Source of the DNA: Trichosphaerium sp. ATCC 40318
Taxonomy: Eukaryota > Protista > Tubulinea
Length of the DNA stretch: 64,000 nucleotides
Direction: 5' to 3'
NCBI GenBank assembly: GCA_038496445.1
Contig: JALMLS010000064.1
Coordinates: forward strand, 744,001-808,000
Part shown: positions 1-12,016 of the stretch, one piece after another
Position numbering within the stretch: position 1 is the first letter of the stretch
How the letters are laid out: each line of letters opens with the position of its first letter
The notes under the pieces: model-generated
The model's database searches: none
Told to the model about the DNA's origin: nothing
The model's input: the letters and a program-made list of their open reading frames with translations, nothing else
Made by a program: the position numbers and the translations under genes

Positions 1-3000
1 TGTCACCGTCTTGAGTTTGTACAAACAGTTTTTTCCAAAATTCAGCCATATTATCGGGTGTAGGCATTCTTTCACCACCTATTACTCTATTGGCCCAATT
101 GATCATTGTTGTAAAGTCATTAGGTAGAGGACTTTCATAGGTTTCCATTTCCCACCTGGAAGTCAAGAAAATCAGAAAAACTATTTTGGAAGATTCTCCT
201 TTAAGAAAGAGTTGGGTTACTTTTTTAGTCATACGTATCCATACTGTATCCACTAAAGTAGTGGAAGGTATAGAAATGTATCTTAACAAATTTTGTATTT
301 ATGCAAGGGCGAAACCCTCCAAAGAAAAAAGAATACGTACAAGAGAACACCGAAAGAGTATACGTCTGCTGCTCCAGTAAATGGTTTACCTTCAAGTACC
401 TCAGGTGCCATCCTAAGAAAATCGTGTTAGGAAAAAAGGAGAAAATAATTCTTTGTGTACCATGGTATTGCGCCGTGAGTACCGCTTGAGGTTGTGTCAT
501 CTGAAAAAGAATTAGAAAAAATTCCAGAAAACAGCTTGTTTCAACTTACTCTGAACCTTGCTTAGACCAAAGTCGGACACTTTTGCCCTCATGTGAGAGT
601 CAATGAGTACATTATCACTCTTTAGATCTCTGTGAAGTACTTTACATCCATGCAAGTAATTCATACCACTTGCAACATCACTAGCAATTGTAAAGTACTC
701 TTCAGTTGATAACTTCTCCTTGTGGAAACGAGACTTTAATGAACCAGAAAGAAGCTATACGAGCCTGTGTCAGAAGAAGAGTAGGATGAATGCATAGTAA
801 GTACCTCAAGTAATATATAATGTTTTGATCCTTCTGTACATGCCGCCATGAACAGAACAATACGTGGATGTCTCAACTGGCATAAAATCTTTAATTCCTC
901 AAAAAATAATTGCTCCTGAGACTTTTCTCGCCACTAGCGACCAAAAGGTAAATAATCACGTGATAAATTCTAGAGAGGTTTTTTCATACCTGTGATTGTT
1001 CTATTTCCTTACAAGCTACTTTAGTCCCACGCCAATCAGCTATATAAACTTGACCGAAGAATCCCTTTACAAACATCAGATGGAGACAAAAAAATCAATA
1101 AAAAGTTGTCGCTCGTTGGTACCTTTCCGATGCTTTTAGAAAGCGTAATTTCATCTTTTTGTGTTACAAAATAAGAAGGAATAGGTAATTCACTATAATC
1201 TCCACTATTTCTTACGCTTGAAGTGGTTGAACTCTCTTCATTTATATTGTCATATGGCACTTTTTTCTTTTGTTTAGGAGGTTTAAATGAGTTAACTATA
1301 TCTGATATACTTGGTCTTTGAGCTTGATCTTCTCTCCAACAACGCTCCATAAGAACACGGAATTTTTGTGGTGCACTATCAGGGATACGAGGACGTCGTC
1401 TTGAATGTACAATCATATCAATAAGCTCGTCCTTCTTCTTTTTCAGGTATTCAAAAGGATGAGAGCCATCGCTATGTTGTATATTAGAATATGTTGTTCA
1501 ATTATATACCAATGTACCATACTACGAGTTCCCACAAGAAAGTACCAAACGCAAAGATGTCCAAGCTTAAAAAAAATAAGCGTTTGTAAAATGGCAAACT
1601 GATTTGTACTTTGTGTCGAATCCTTGTGAATCTACAAGAGCTTCTGGTGCGCAGTGTGATACTGGTATATTTGTCTTTTTAAGTGGTACTCCATAGAAGC
1701 TTTGAATATCAGCCAATCCACCAACTTTTACTACAACCTTGCCATTATCACTTGATTTAATCTTAAAAGATTGTTAATTAAAAACAATCGAAGTACGTCT
1801 GGCCGTACATATACACAGTGTGACGTAAGGTTAGAATGTATGAAGCACAATGAATGTTCATGCAATGCGCGCAAACCTTTTGCTACTTGATACGCAATGC
1901 TTTCACGTACTTCCCACGTGAGAAGCTCAGACATAGATTTTGACTAAAAAAAAAACGTTAGGTAGGAATCAAAAAGAGGGCTAGTACTCTAAGCATAATG
2001 TACAATGAGTCCGAGTATTCACTAACGAGGGATTTAGGATACAAGGTTATACCTAAATATAAGTTTTAAAGACTGATTAGTGCCAGGTGTTGTACCTTTG
2101 TATTCAAGTAAAGAAGGCGACTTCACCGTAAGTTTTCTAAGTATTTTTTTAGTAATTGTTGTTTGTTGATTTGAACGTACTGTAAAACCTCGTAAGGAGG
2201 AGAAGAAATAGATGCATTATTTCTTATTTCTTGGATAACTTTGGAATTTTTGAACTTTGCAACACATACAGAGCAGTTTGAAGTGGGGCTTTTAAGTACT
2301 TTTGCAACATCAGTTAGAGTAACAATAGCAGAGGACATCTCACTAACGTAATTCTTTTTAGTATATTTAATTCAATGTGATTTTCTCTTCAATACGTACG
2401 TTATATCAGGAGCTATAGTTTTCAAAGGTACTTCCAATTTGAACTTATCCACAATACTTTCTAAATAAGCAACAAGTCAATTTTTTTTTTTTGGAGTATA
2501 ATTTGTAATTTATCTACCTTTCTTGGTGCTTGCTTGCCAAAGAGCGTTCCATTCGATTTCTTTAATTTCATGTCGCTGGTGATAAACCTAAAGGTAGGTA
2601 AGCGTTAGCACTATGTACTGTAACAAAGAGAGAAACTTGAAAGATTCACGAACCACAAAACGCTCAACAGTATTTCCATCACAATAATCTTCTGTTGAAT
2701 TAAACACATTATCAATGAGCGGTATTATAGTTAAGAACAGTTTAGTGATAAGTGAAATATCGCCAATAAGAATTAATTCATAATAACCTTCTGGAGAAAA
2801 TGCCATTGCACCAGAGATGTGTTCGTTGTCATTAAACAATATCCCAGTCTGCCACAGTTCGACAACTTTTAAGGAAGTTACAGTCAAAAGTCGTGATTGT
2901 AAACGTGTTGTTAGCATTGGCCACGTGTACTTTACTTTCCATCTTCGTATGATTACTTTCTTTCCTTCTACACCTTCTGCAGTGCGATATAGGTCAATAT

Positions 3001-4932
3001 ACTTGTAAGGCGTATCTTTCTTTAGCAGCATTGGCAAGAAAAATGAGTGAACAGCTTTTTTATGTTTTTTCTTTCGACTTGTAGAAGGTGATGCTCGTCT
3101 TACTGCAGAGCTCTTTCTATGTCTAGACACTGCTTGTGGTGTTTTAAAATAATATATAACTTCTCTTGCTCTGGCAATATCCAAAAAAGTGTTGATGAGA
3201 TACTTCTTGTGTTCAGCCAACTAAGAATATTGATTAGATAAGAAAATTATTTTGTATCTCGTTTACGCACTGAATTTTGCATTAATAGCGATTTAAGAGT
3301 ACTTGCACGAACAATAGGTTCCTTGACTTGACTGCATATTATATTATACAACGAAATGAAGGCTTGGGTTGGATGAAGGACGATAAGATCATGTTTTCGT
3401 GAATAAGTCAGCAATCCCATTTGTGTAAGAAAATCAAGAGAAGGTGTAACCTTGTTAGGTGTAAGACCTAAGGACTGATTAAGCTGGTGTAATGACATGG
3501 GTATAATATGTCAACATTTAAAAAAATGAACACTGTACCAAGGTCAGAGTAGCACATCTTATAGAGCGTTGATGATTTCATTGAAGCGTCTCCAATTTTA
3601 TTTGTAAAGTTTACTATCTTGTGGTTTGAATTCGATAGGTTCTCAGGCTCTGATAGCCATATTGTACTCGATTGGCGTATTATAACATCTTTTATTGCCT
3701 TGTAACCTGACTTGACACTCAACCCTTGCATGTACAAAAGTGATACTGCTTCAGGTGGAAACTTGTCAAGTAATTCGGGTGTTATAGGCTGAAACGTATG
3801 TTCAGTGCCTTCTTGTACTTCTATAACTATAGTAGGTGCACATTCTGCTTGGAACCTACTTTTTAAAAGTCATGAAAGAGATATTCAATGAAAATAAAGA
3901 AGTGAACATGTGGTTAACCTTATTGATCTTAGTGTTTCTTCAATCCAAGATATAGGTGTTGATGTTGTTCGTATTATAATGTGTATTGACTTTTTTGATA
4001 GGATCATTTGGTGGAAAGAGTTATAGCCACATTTGGTGATTTCAAGCAAATACTAACAAGAATTAATTAAATCTAACGTAAAATAGCTAGAACACGCTTT
4101 TGTTCAACGGCTATATCATGCCCACTCGTTCATGTGGTTTATTAAAATATAGCTGATAGACTGAAGAGTTTTGGGAAGGGTTAAAAGTGTCAGTTTCGAA
4201 AACTATCAATTTTTTTTGAAATTGAACGGACAAACTCGAAAAACATATGCGTACATCTTCTGTTTTTACTTGTATTCTGCCATCAATCATAGTAACCATT
4301 TCGCCATCCTGACTCGCTAATCTATCGTACTGGAACTTTTCGAGGGTATCCTGCGAACATTATTACAAATCCGGCGAGAGCCATCCCCAGGTCATTTTTG
4401 TGTTGATTCGCACCTTGTTGTCGCTGATAAACACGCAGCCAATGCGTAAGATACTGGCTGTTAGTGTCGCTCGCTTACTCCTTAGGAATACTATCCAGTT
4501 GTTTAAGCGTATGATCCAATCGTCAAGGGTAATAGCTAACGGTTTATCGCATTGACATAACTTGGTAATAATAAATACTTACTTCAAAACAAGCCTAGAG
4601 TACCTCATACATGCGACCACGCGCGTGAATGTTAAATTGTGTCTCATTTTTGCGCTCTACGGATTGTACCTGCCAACAAATTAGGGCAGCTGTATTCAAC
4701 TAAAACACGATATTTCGTACCGTGGTTAGGTCGATAAAGCCTTTGTACTCTGTTTCGTCTTTATAATACTCCAATTTGTGCCCAGTTTGTGAGAAGTAAC
4801 GTACACGCCATGTGCGCCCAGTACGACCCTAAAGACTTGTGAGCAGCGTACCCAACAGTTATTATTTATACATACAGCTCCTTTCTTTTTAAACCACCCT
4901 TTGAGTAACGGTGGCTGTGAGGAAGCGGCCAT
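1..4932 (-). CDS. Multi-exon Roco-like protein: PH-PH-degenerate Roc-COR-pseudokinase-TKL kinase (3' end runs off the window)
   Basis: N-terminal PH motif ([10 protein letters not shown]). Roc-like [17 protein letters not shown] near 4000. COR-like [10 protein letters not shown]...ELWQTGILF (2588-3220). First kinase degenerate ([16 protein letters not shown]). Second kinase has [27 protein letters not shown] and MAPEVL. Confidence 0.75.
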
Positions 4933-4991
4933 TGAAGTCTAATAAAAACAGTTAAGTGTCACAAAAAGTATTTAACTGCAATACACCGTAA

Positions 4992-5020
4992 GGGCAACCC
5001 AAGCGGACTTGGGTTTGCCC
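4992..5020. repeat. GC-rich hairpin GGGCAACCCAAG-CGGA-CTTGGGTTTGCCC in a 96-bp divergent intergenic spacer
   Basis: 12-bp stem with a one-base bulge, read directly from the sequence. Confidence 0.6.
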
Positions 5021-5028
5021 AACAAGGC

Positions 5029-6766
5029 ATGAGAACTATTACGAAGCGCTACAGAGCCCCAAAGAGTTTGCAGCTAACCAAGAAGCAAATTACTTCAATA
5101 CGCGAGAGTGATGGCTATATACATCACCACAGACGATCAATTGATAGAGTGGGGCGAGAATTACGTATTTTACACTTGGATGATTGGTACAAAGTTGACA
5201 CGAGACAAATTGTCAGACGGGGCGTGCGGGGAGTCCTGTATGTTATCAGAGTGTCTAATATGATTAATTATTGACGATGTTAGTGAATTTTACAACATGT
5301 CCATGTTAAACTGTTTGTCACACGTCTATCCTTCGTACACTTGGATTCCATGGCGTTTCAAGTACGCTAACGGCTTTCACAGCTATTACAATCTTCTAAC
5401 ACGCGCAAGGCACGTACCACCGAACTTTTGGAAGTACGACGACAATCGTCGAGAAAAACTAGAAGATATGGCACAAGAACATAATCTCAAGCACCTTGAT
5501 GATTGGTATGATGTATCTAATAGAGACGCAATAGCGTGGGGCGCTGGTGGAATCATGTGCGTTTCACAGAGCCGAGCTAGAAATTAAAACTAATTTTTAT
5601 TTTTATGTTTAGGGCGTACTTCAACATGTCCATTGCTGATGCTTTGGCACGTGTTTATCCCAGTCACAATTGGATACCGTGGCAGTTTGAGTACGCTTTT
5701 GGTATTAGTGTAGTTATGTTTACGCTCACGTTTAAATCAGTACATCAACAATAGATTGTTGGAGAGATTATGACCAACAACGGCTGAGATTTGATTTAAT
5801 TGCAAAGAGTCTCGGCTTGAAGCAGCTTGAAGATTGGTATCTTGTTGGACAACAGGATATTATAAGACATGATGAGTATGTCTTTATGTACGTGACAAGT
5901 TTTATCACGTGTTGATTAATCAGGACAATAGGAAGTATCATAATGGTTCTATAAGTTCGTGTTTGGCAGTTATTTATCCTAGCTACGATTGGAAACCTTG
6001 GAAGTTCACGTACACAAAACATGTTCCTTTGATTGTGTTAACATCTTATCGTTTACTAGTTGTTCTCCAAGAAGATTTTGGGATGATCTCAGTAACCAAC
6101 GGGATCTATTACATGCTATAGAAGAGGAGAACAATATAAAGACTGCTGATGAATGGCGTGGAATGCCATTACGTAAAGTTGAGCCTATAAAGGGCATGCT
6201 TCAATCAACGTATGCTCTTGGTTATTGCTTACTCGTAGTGAAACTAATTCTTTTATACATAGTTATGGTGGTTCGCTTCAGAAAGCACTAATCAATATTT
6301 ATGGCAATATGCCTTGGATGACTAAAGATTTCTACAAGAGTTTTTGGCAAATCGAAGATAACCAACGTGCTTTCTTGCTTAAAATAAAGAAAAACTTAGA
6401 AATAACATCGCCTAACATGTGGTACGTTAGAAGAGAATTAAAACCTTCGGTTACAATAACAATTCAATAACCTTCCGTGGAGTGGCGTTACCTAACTTCA
6501 TTATTACATAGGTATCGTGTATCACACAGAGAAATGATTAGAAATGGCGCAAGTGGGTTGTTCAGATATTGGCCACACGTGTTATCTCTTATTGAACCAA
6601 GAGTAGATTGGCAATGGGCTATTTTCTCATGGCAACGTAAAGGAGCGAAGCAGAGGTAAATTTTATTTGCAATGAACTACCAAGCGACTGTGTCCTCTTT
6701 TTTTAATTTTTTTTGTTTAGGGTCCTTATGCAACACCTCCATTATATGTTTCCCATAGTACTCTGA
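5029..6766 (+). CDS. ~70-aa 'DWY' tandem-repeat protein, paralog 1 (5 repeats, no nuclease domain)
   Basis: Hand-spliced exons give repeats centred on LDDWY, LDDWY, LEDWY, ADEWR and PNMWY, the first three followed by YP...W.PW.F. Ends KQR|VLMQHLHYMFPIVL* (TGA 6764-6766). Confidence 0.8.
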
Positions 6767-7060
6767 TACTCTGTCATACTAAAGGAGTTGGGGGGGCAAA
6801 ATTGCCTGTGGCATTGTATTATAAAGCTCTTGTTGAGCACCTAACCTTTTAGCTTTCAGAAGGTATTTATTTTTGTCCTTCGTCATTGATCTCAACCAAA
6901 ACGGCAGTTATTTCTATAAATCTAGTGGTTATAATATTCACAAAGCGGTATGTTGCAAGCAAAAATTTTTAACAAGGCTTTCGTAACAATCCTATTCCAA
7001 TAAAAGCAGTCGCATTCCTTAAACGGAGCGACTTACCAAATACACACCCAACTAGCTCTA

Positions 7061-7363
7061 ATGCGCAGCGCAACCATTACTTATGTTCTTCTAGCCCTAA
7101 TACTAGTCGCTGCTGTCATGGCACGCCAAAGAACACGCAAACGCTCTCTTCGCCTTAAAAAACAAAGCGGAGACATAACTGAACAAGCGAATGACCAAAC
7201 AGAGCTAAAAAGCAAACGCCGATGGTATAATTTTTGGAACAACCCCGAGATGTGCTGCAAATCTGAGCAATGGGAGCATTTCTCCAGAGTGATATTTGTG
7301 CGTTACAGACTATCACGAAGATGTCCAAGAACCCAACAAGTGTCAATGTCGTACTGTTATTAA
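7061..7363 (+). CDS. Small secreted prepropeptide (signal peptide, propiece, KRR site, 46-aa 4-Cys cationic mature peptide)
   Basis: Intronless 100-aa ORF with a hydrophobic N-terminus (YVLLALILVAAVMA), a KRR site before WYNFWNNPEMCCK..., and AATAAA about 20 nt after the stop. Confidence 0.65.
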   Translation: MRSATITYVLLALILVAAVMARQRTRKRSLRLKKQSGDITEQANDQTELKSKRRWYNFWNNPEMCCKSEQWEHFSRVIFVRYRLSRRCPRTQQVSMSYCY

Positions 7364-7510
7364 ACCAAAAAGTGATCAAACAATAAAACACGCTCACATC
7401 ACTTTGTTGTTGGTTTTGAATATTTTTTTGTTGACAAGGTAAGAGGGTTTCAGAACTTGTGGTCTGGGTTAAAATTACAAATAAGTATTTATTAGTTGTT
7501 TATATTTATA

Positions 7511-8681
7511 TCAGTTCTTTTCAATACCCAAAAAACGTGCAACACCAAGCATAGATCTAAATTTTTTTCCTGAAGGTGAATAATAATAGTTATCTGTTGT
7601 GTTTGCTGTTCTTCCTAAAGTTTTGTTAGATGCAAAAACAAATTGCACATACCTGATTTTCGAATAACTGTTTGTACTGTCCAATTTGGAGGAAGTTGTA
7701 TTTTTTGTGTCCATCCTTGTGGTTTTATAAATGAACATGGTAAAACTATTAAAAAGTTAACAAAAATGTTTGCATAAAACCAAGTTATTGTACTTTGTTT
7801 ATCTATGATGTTTGGAGGTTTTGGTTTTGGTTTGGGTAGTAATTTGTTAGAATATATATACGGTTTCTTGCATTTCTGTTTAGATGATTTTGTAAGATGT
7901 GAAACATTTACTAAAAAGTTTTGTATTGTTGAAATCTTTTGCTTTTTCTTTGGTGGTTCTGTATCATTTGTGCAATTTTCTTCTTGAAACATATAACATG
8001 CAAAGCTATCATAATGTATCCTTTTTCTATTACGTTTTGGATACTACAACAACAGTTAGAAATAAAATAAAGACAGAAAAAAGGCTGGCTGTTTTTTAGT
8101 AAAATCTAACCTTTTTTTATCCTTTGTGTTGTGTTGAACAAAATTAAATCTTTTGGTGATTTGTCTATTTTCAAAATATTCTGTTTGTGTATTTTATTTT
8201 TGTAATTGAAGTTGTGAGACACTGTGTTTTACTTCCAAAAAAAAGTTTGATAAAATTTTTTTCTTCACATACTCTAAACACTTCACCTTTACAAGGTGGG
8301 CATTGCCATGGCTGATCACTTAGCTCATCATTTATACCAACACAACCAGCGTGGAACCATTTGAAACAGCTACACAAAAAAAATTCATGAGCACACAGCT
8401 TTACGTGTTGCAATAAACAGGTAGCGTCCAGTGTCCAAACAAGATTTTTTTGCTGATTTGCTCTAGTGGTCACTTTGCTGTTGTCATACGCACTTGACAC
8501 ATTGTAATACCCACGCTTTTTTATCCCACACCTCCTCGCAAATACAAAATGGACCAGCAGGCGGTTGATCGAAAGTTTCCATCAATGTATCTATATCCAG
8601 CTCTTCATCAGTTGTAGACGATTCTTGCGATGCGGACAACGACTCGGAATGTGAAACGGCTTCTCTGTAGTGCCTTACCAA
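7511..8681 (-). CDS. PHD finger + methyl-CpG-binding (MBD) domain chromatin protein (start and middle exons uncertain)
   Basis: PHD: CIC...LQCVK|CFKWFHAGCVG...WQCPPC. MBD: LPPNWTVQTVIRKS|GRTANTTDNYYYSPSGKKFRSMLGVARFL. The linker exons were not fully resolved. Confidence 0.7.
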
Positions 8682-8953
8682 AAAATGGTTGTTGTCGTTA
8701 GAAAGCTACGGAAAACGTTAAATAACGCGTCAGTGGTGTAAGCGTACTGTTTTAAAGTTCATTTTTAATTCTTTTTTCTGTTTTTGTTTGCTTCGTTCGG
8801 AAAATCGTGTAGTGTGGACTATAAAAGAGCTCACATGCGTTTACATCTAATGGCGGGTTTTATATTGTGAATAAGCAGTTGATTTTAAGGCAGACGAACA
8901 AAAAGACAATTTCCGTGTTATCTGATGTAAAAGCGGCCCTTAGTTGCGTGGCT

Positions 8954-11323
8954 ATGCGCAAACGCCTTAATACTACGCGAAAAAGACTAACTAGTGCGTT
9001 TTACATTTCTATTTGGTGTAACAATTAAAATTTTAGATGGACAACGTATAATCAACCTTAGGGTAAAGGCTCAGCGGAAGAAAGCTCAATACGCGGTACA
9101 CGATATGAAGCTGCCAATCAATTACTTTTTAGTGTCTAATATTGCCTAAGGGAGCTCGCAAAGTATTTATTAAAGCGTTTACAGACGCTAAAAATCCTAA
9201 ACGGCTCGATGATAAGAAATTAGAGCGTATTGCCTGTAGTGCGAACACACACGTACCACGAGGATTCTGGGATCCGATTCAAAACCAAAAACAGATGTTT
9301 AACCTCGTTGGACAGAATTTGGGAATAAAAACACTCTGCGATTGGTATAAAGTGTCTTATAATGTTCTCATCACAACAGGGGCATCGGGTATAATTGCTA
9401 AGTGCGTATCAGCAACATACATGGGATTAATTCACAAACAAACCAAAAAAGTTTTTTGACACATTGCCTTTGACACTTATGCAGATATAATGGTTCGATA
9501 TCTTCTGTACTTGGTGCTTTATATCCTGAGTATGATTGGGAAGTATGGCGGTTCACGTACGCCTCAGAAAACGGAAAGCTTTCGATCGCTAATAAAACTA
9601 TAAGAGCGGCGCCTAGGCGTCATTGGGACTCTATTGATAATCGGAGGCACCGGTTTGATCTTGTTTGCGCTGAGCAAGGTATAAAGACACTTGATGATTG
9701 CTATAAGATAGGTTTTAAGGAGCTTTCTAAATGTGACATGCTGACGTTACTAAAAATGTATGTAGAAACTTTTGAGAAACTTTGGTTTTTTTTTATTATT
9801 TGTTCTTGAACACCTGTCATATTTAACAACCATTTTAGGTATGATAATTGCGTTGCAAAGGTTTTAGGAGAGCTTTTTCCTCAAAAAGAGTGGGATAATT
9901 CAAAATTCATGTGCGCGAGGACTTATCTTTGTTTTGTGATTCTCTTTTGGAAAACTAACTTTTCTTTTTGATTGATAGGGTTGTACCTCATGGGCACTGG
10001 AATAGTGAAGCTAATAGACTACGATGTTTAGATGATATGGCAAAAGAATTACGGCTACTAACTTGTGATGACTGGTATCGTGTTACGTATACCGACTTTG
10101 CAAAACTAGGACAACTATCGATTGTTGCAAGGTACAACAAAATGCCCATAACAAGCTTGTCTTTCTGTCTCTTTTTTTATTGACAATATCTTAACTTTTT
10201 AATAGATACAGCTCCACGTTTGAAGTAGTGCGCAGTATATTTCCTCACTATGATTGGAACCCAAAATTCTTCAAGCACGTGAAAATCACATGTTTTTCTG
10301 TGAAGATTAACACTTTTAATTTAACAGTGTACCGCCGCCTTCACATCTTATCAAAGGATATAGAGTATTAACAAATAAGATTGCTTCTAAAATACGTGTC
10401 TTCATGTTAGACGATTGGTATGATGTAAATCCTAAAGACATTTCTTTAAAGGGAGGTCGGCCAATCATCACAAGGTACTTTCTTTTTTTTTGGTTTTTGT
10501 TTTGTTGGCTCGTAGGCTTGCATTGCGCACTTTGGTTTTGTATAATTGTTAATCGTGCTATTGCTATAGGTTTAATTCATTGTATCAAGCAATGAGTGCA
10601 CTTTACACAGAACATAAATGGAAACCTTGGCGTTTTAAGTATGGACAAAAAGCTAAAGTTGATTCTTTAGTTGGATACAGGGAGACTCTTAATAATCTTG
10701 GTACAAAGTTTGGTGTTACTAAACGCGAAGATTGGTATTGGGTGTCTGCTAGAACACTAAGTAATACTGCAAAAGGCTTGACAGTACTGAATAAGTGAGT
10801 ACTTTTTTCAGGTTTTTTTAGCCTTCTTTTTTCTTTTCTAAGTTTTTCAAAAAGGTTTGGTGGGTCTATACGTCAAGCTTTGAATACAATATTTTCTGAA
10901 TATGAGTGGTCAAATGATAAGTTCGTGTAAGTGATAAATTTTATTTGTTGCGAGGAAAAGTAACGTAGAAAATTAGTCGTGATAGTTCAGGATATTGGCA
11001 AAATAATATGAACTGTATTAGTTTTATAAGAGAAATGGAAAATGCTTTTGGTATAGATAGTCCTCTTGCCTGGTACGTTAAAATATTTGAGTGTCATTAC
11101 ATTAGCTAAATAACGGTTTTTATTTTCAAGGCAACGTATTTCTTTCACCCAAATAGCAAGTGTTGGTGGTAGAGGTCTGATATCACATTGGCCTCAAGTT
11201 TTGTATAAGAATTACCCTGATATGGATTGGAAACCTTTTAAAAGTGCTGCAGCTGATAGGCCTCGTAAGCGCTCTGTACAACGTGTTCTTTTATTACATA
11301 CTAAACAGTGCTTTAATCTGTAA
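8954..11323 (+). CDS. 'DWY' tandem-repeat protein, paralog 2 (6 repeats, no nuclease domain)
   Basis: Repeats centred on LCDWY, LDDCY, CDDWY, LDDWY, REDWY and PLAWQ. Basic N-terminus MRKRLNTTRKRL. Ends KRSVQRVLLLHTKQCFNL* (TAA 11321-11323). Confidence 0.8.
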
Positions 11324-12016
11324 TCCACTTGCCATTTTTTTTTCAAGTTCACTCAAAACCATCTACTTCCTCAAAAGGTGATTGATTACCTGATTCATGC
11401 TTTCTTTTGGTTTTGTATTTATTAAGGAATGTTAAGCTTAGTTGTTTGCAATCTGTTTGGTAGTATGATTGACAAAATTTTTTCAAAGAAAATGGAAAAA
11501 ACAAATATCCGCAACTCAATGGTTACAACTTTTCTGTAAATACGCCAGTGGCTACCACTACCAGATATAAATAGCAAAGACATAATGTTAGGAGAAAGCT
11601 AAAACATTGTGCAGAAGTAGTTGAGTGTTTGTGAACACGTGCAATGAAATGTGTTGAACACAAACAAAATCAATCTCTCAATGTGATTGATTCTTTTTTT
11701 CACTCTACAAACTTAGTAAAACTTGCTCAAAACAACAGATTGTTGCATCTCAACTACGTTAAACGTATTTTACCCGATTAAGATACCCTACTAGTGCAAT
11801 AAAAAACGTTTTGTGCAATTCGTAAAAAAACCGATTAAAGTGTTGCATTGCATTCTACATCAAAAAATAATGCGTAGGGTGGCATCAGGACCTATTAGAT
11901 GTTTTTCCCCATTTTTCAGTGCCATGGGAATTTGTTTGACCCGATTTACATCGTTTCAAAGCTCACCAGTAGATACTACTTTAAAACAATCCTCAAACGT
12001 CAAACAAAAAGATAGA

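Noticed and set aside
11813-12016. Upstream extension of the HEPN gene from the 84-aa ORF
   Set aside because: ATG 12017 follows an A-rich leader and splices cleanly; the upstream part looks non-coding.
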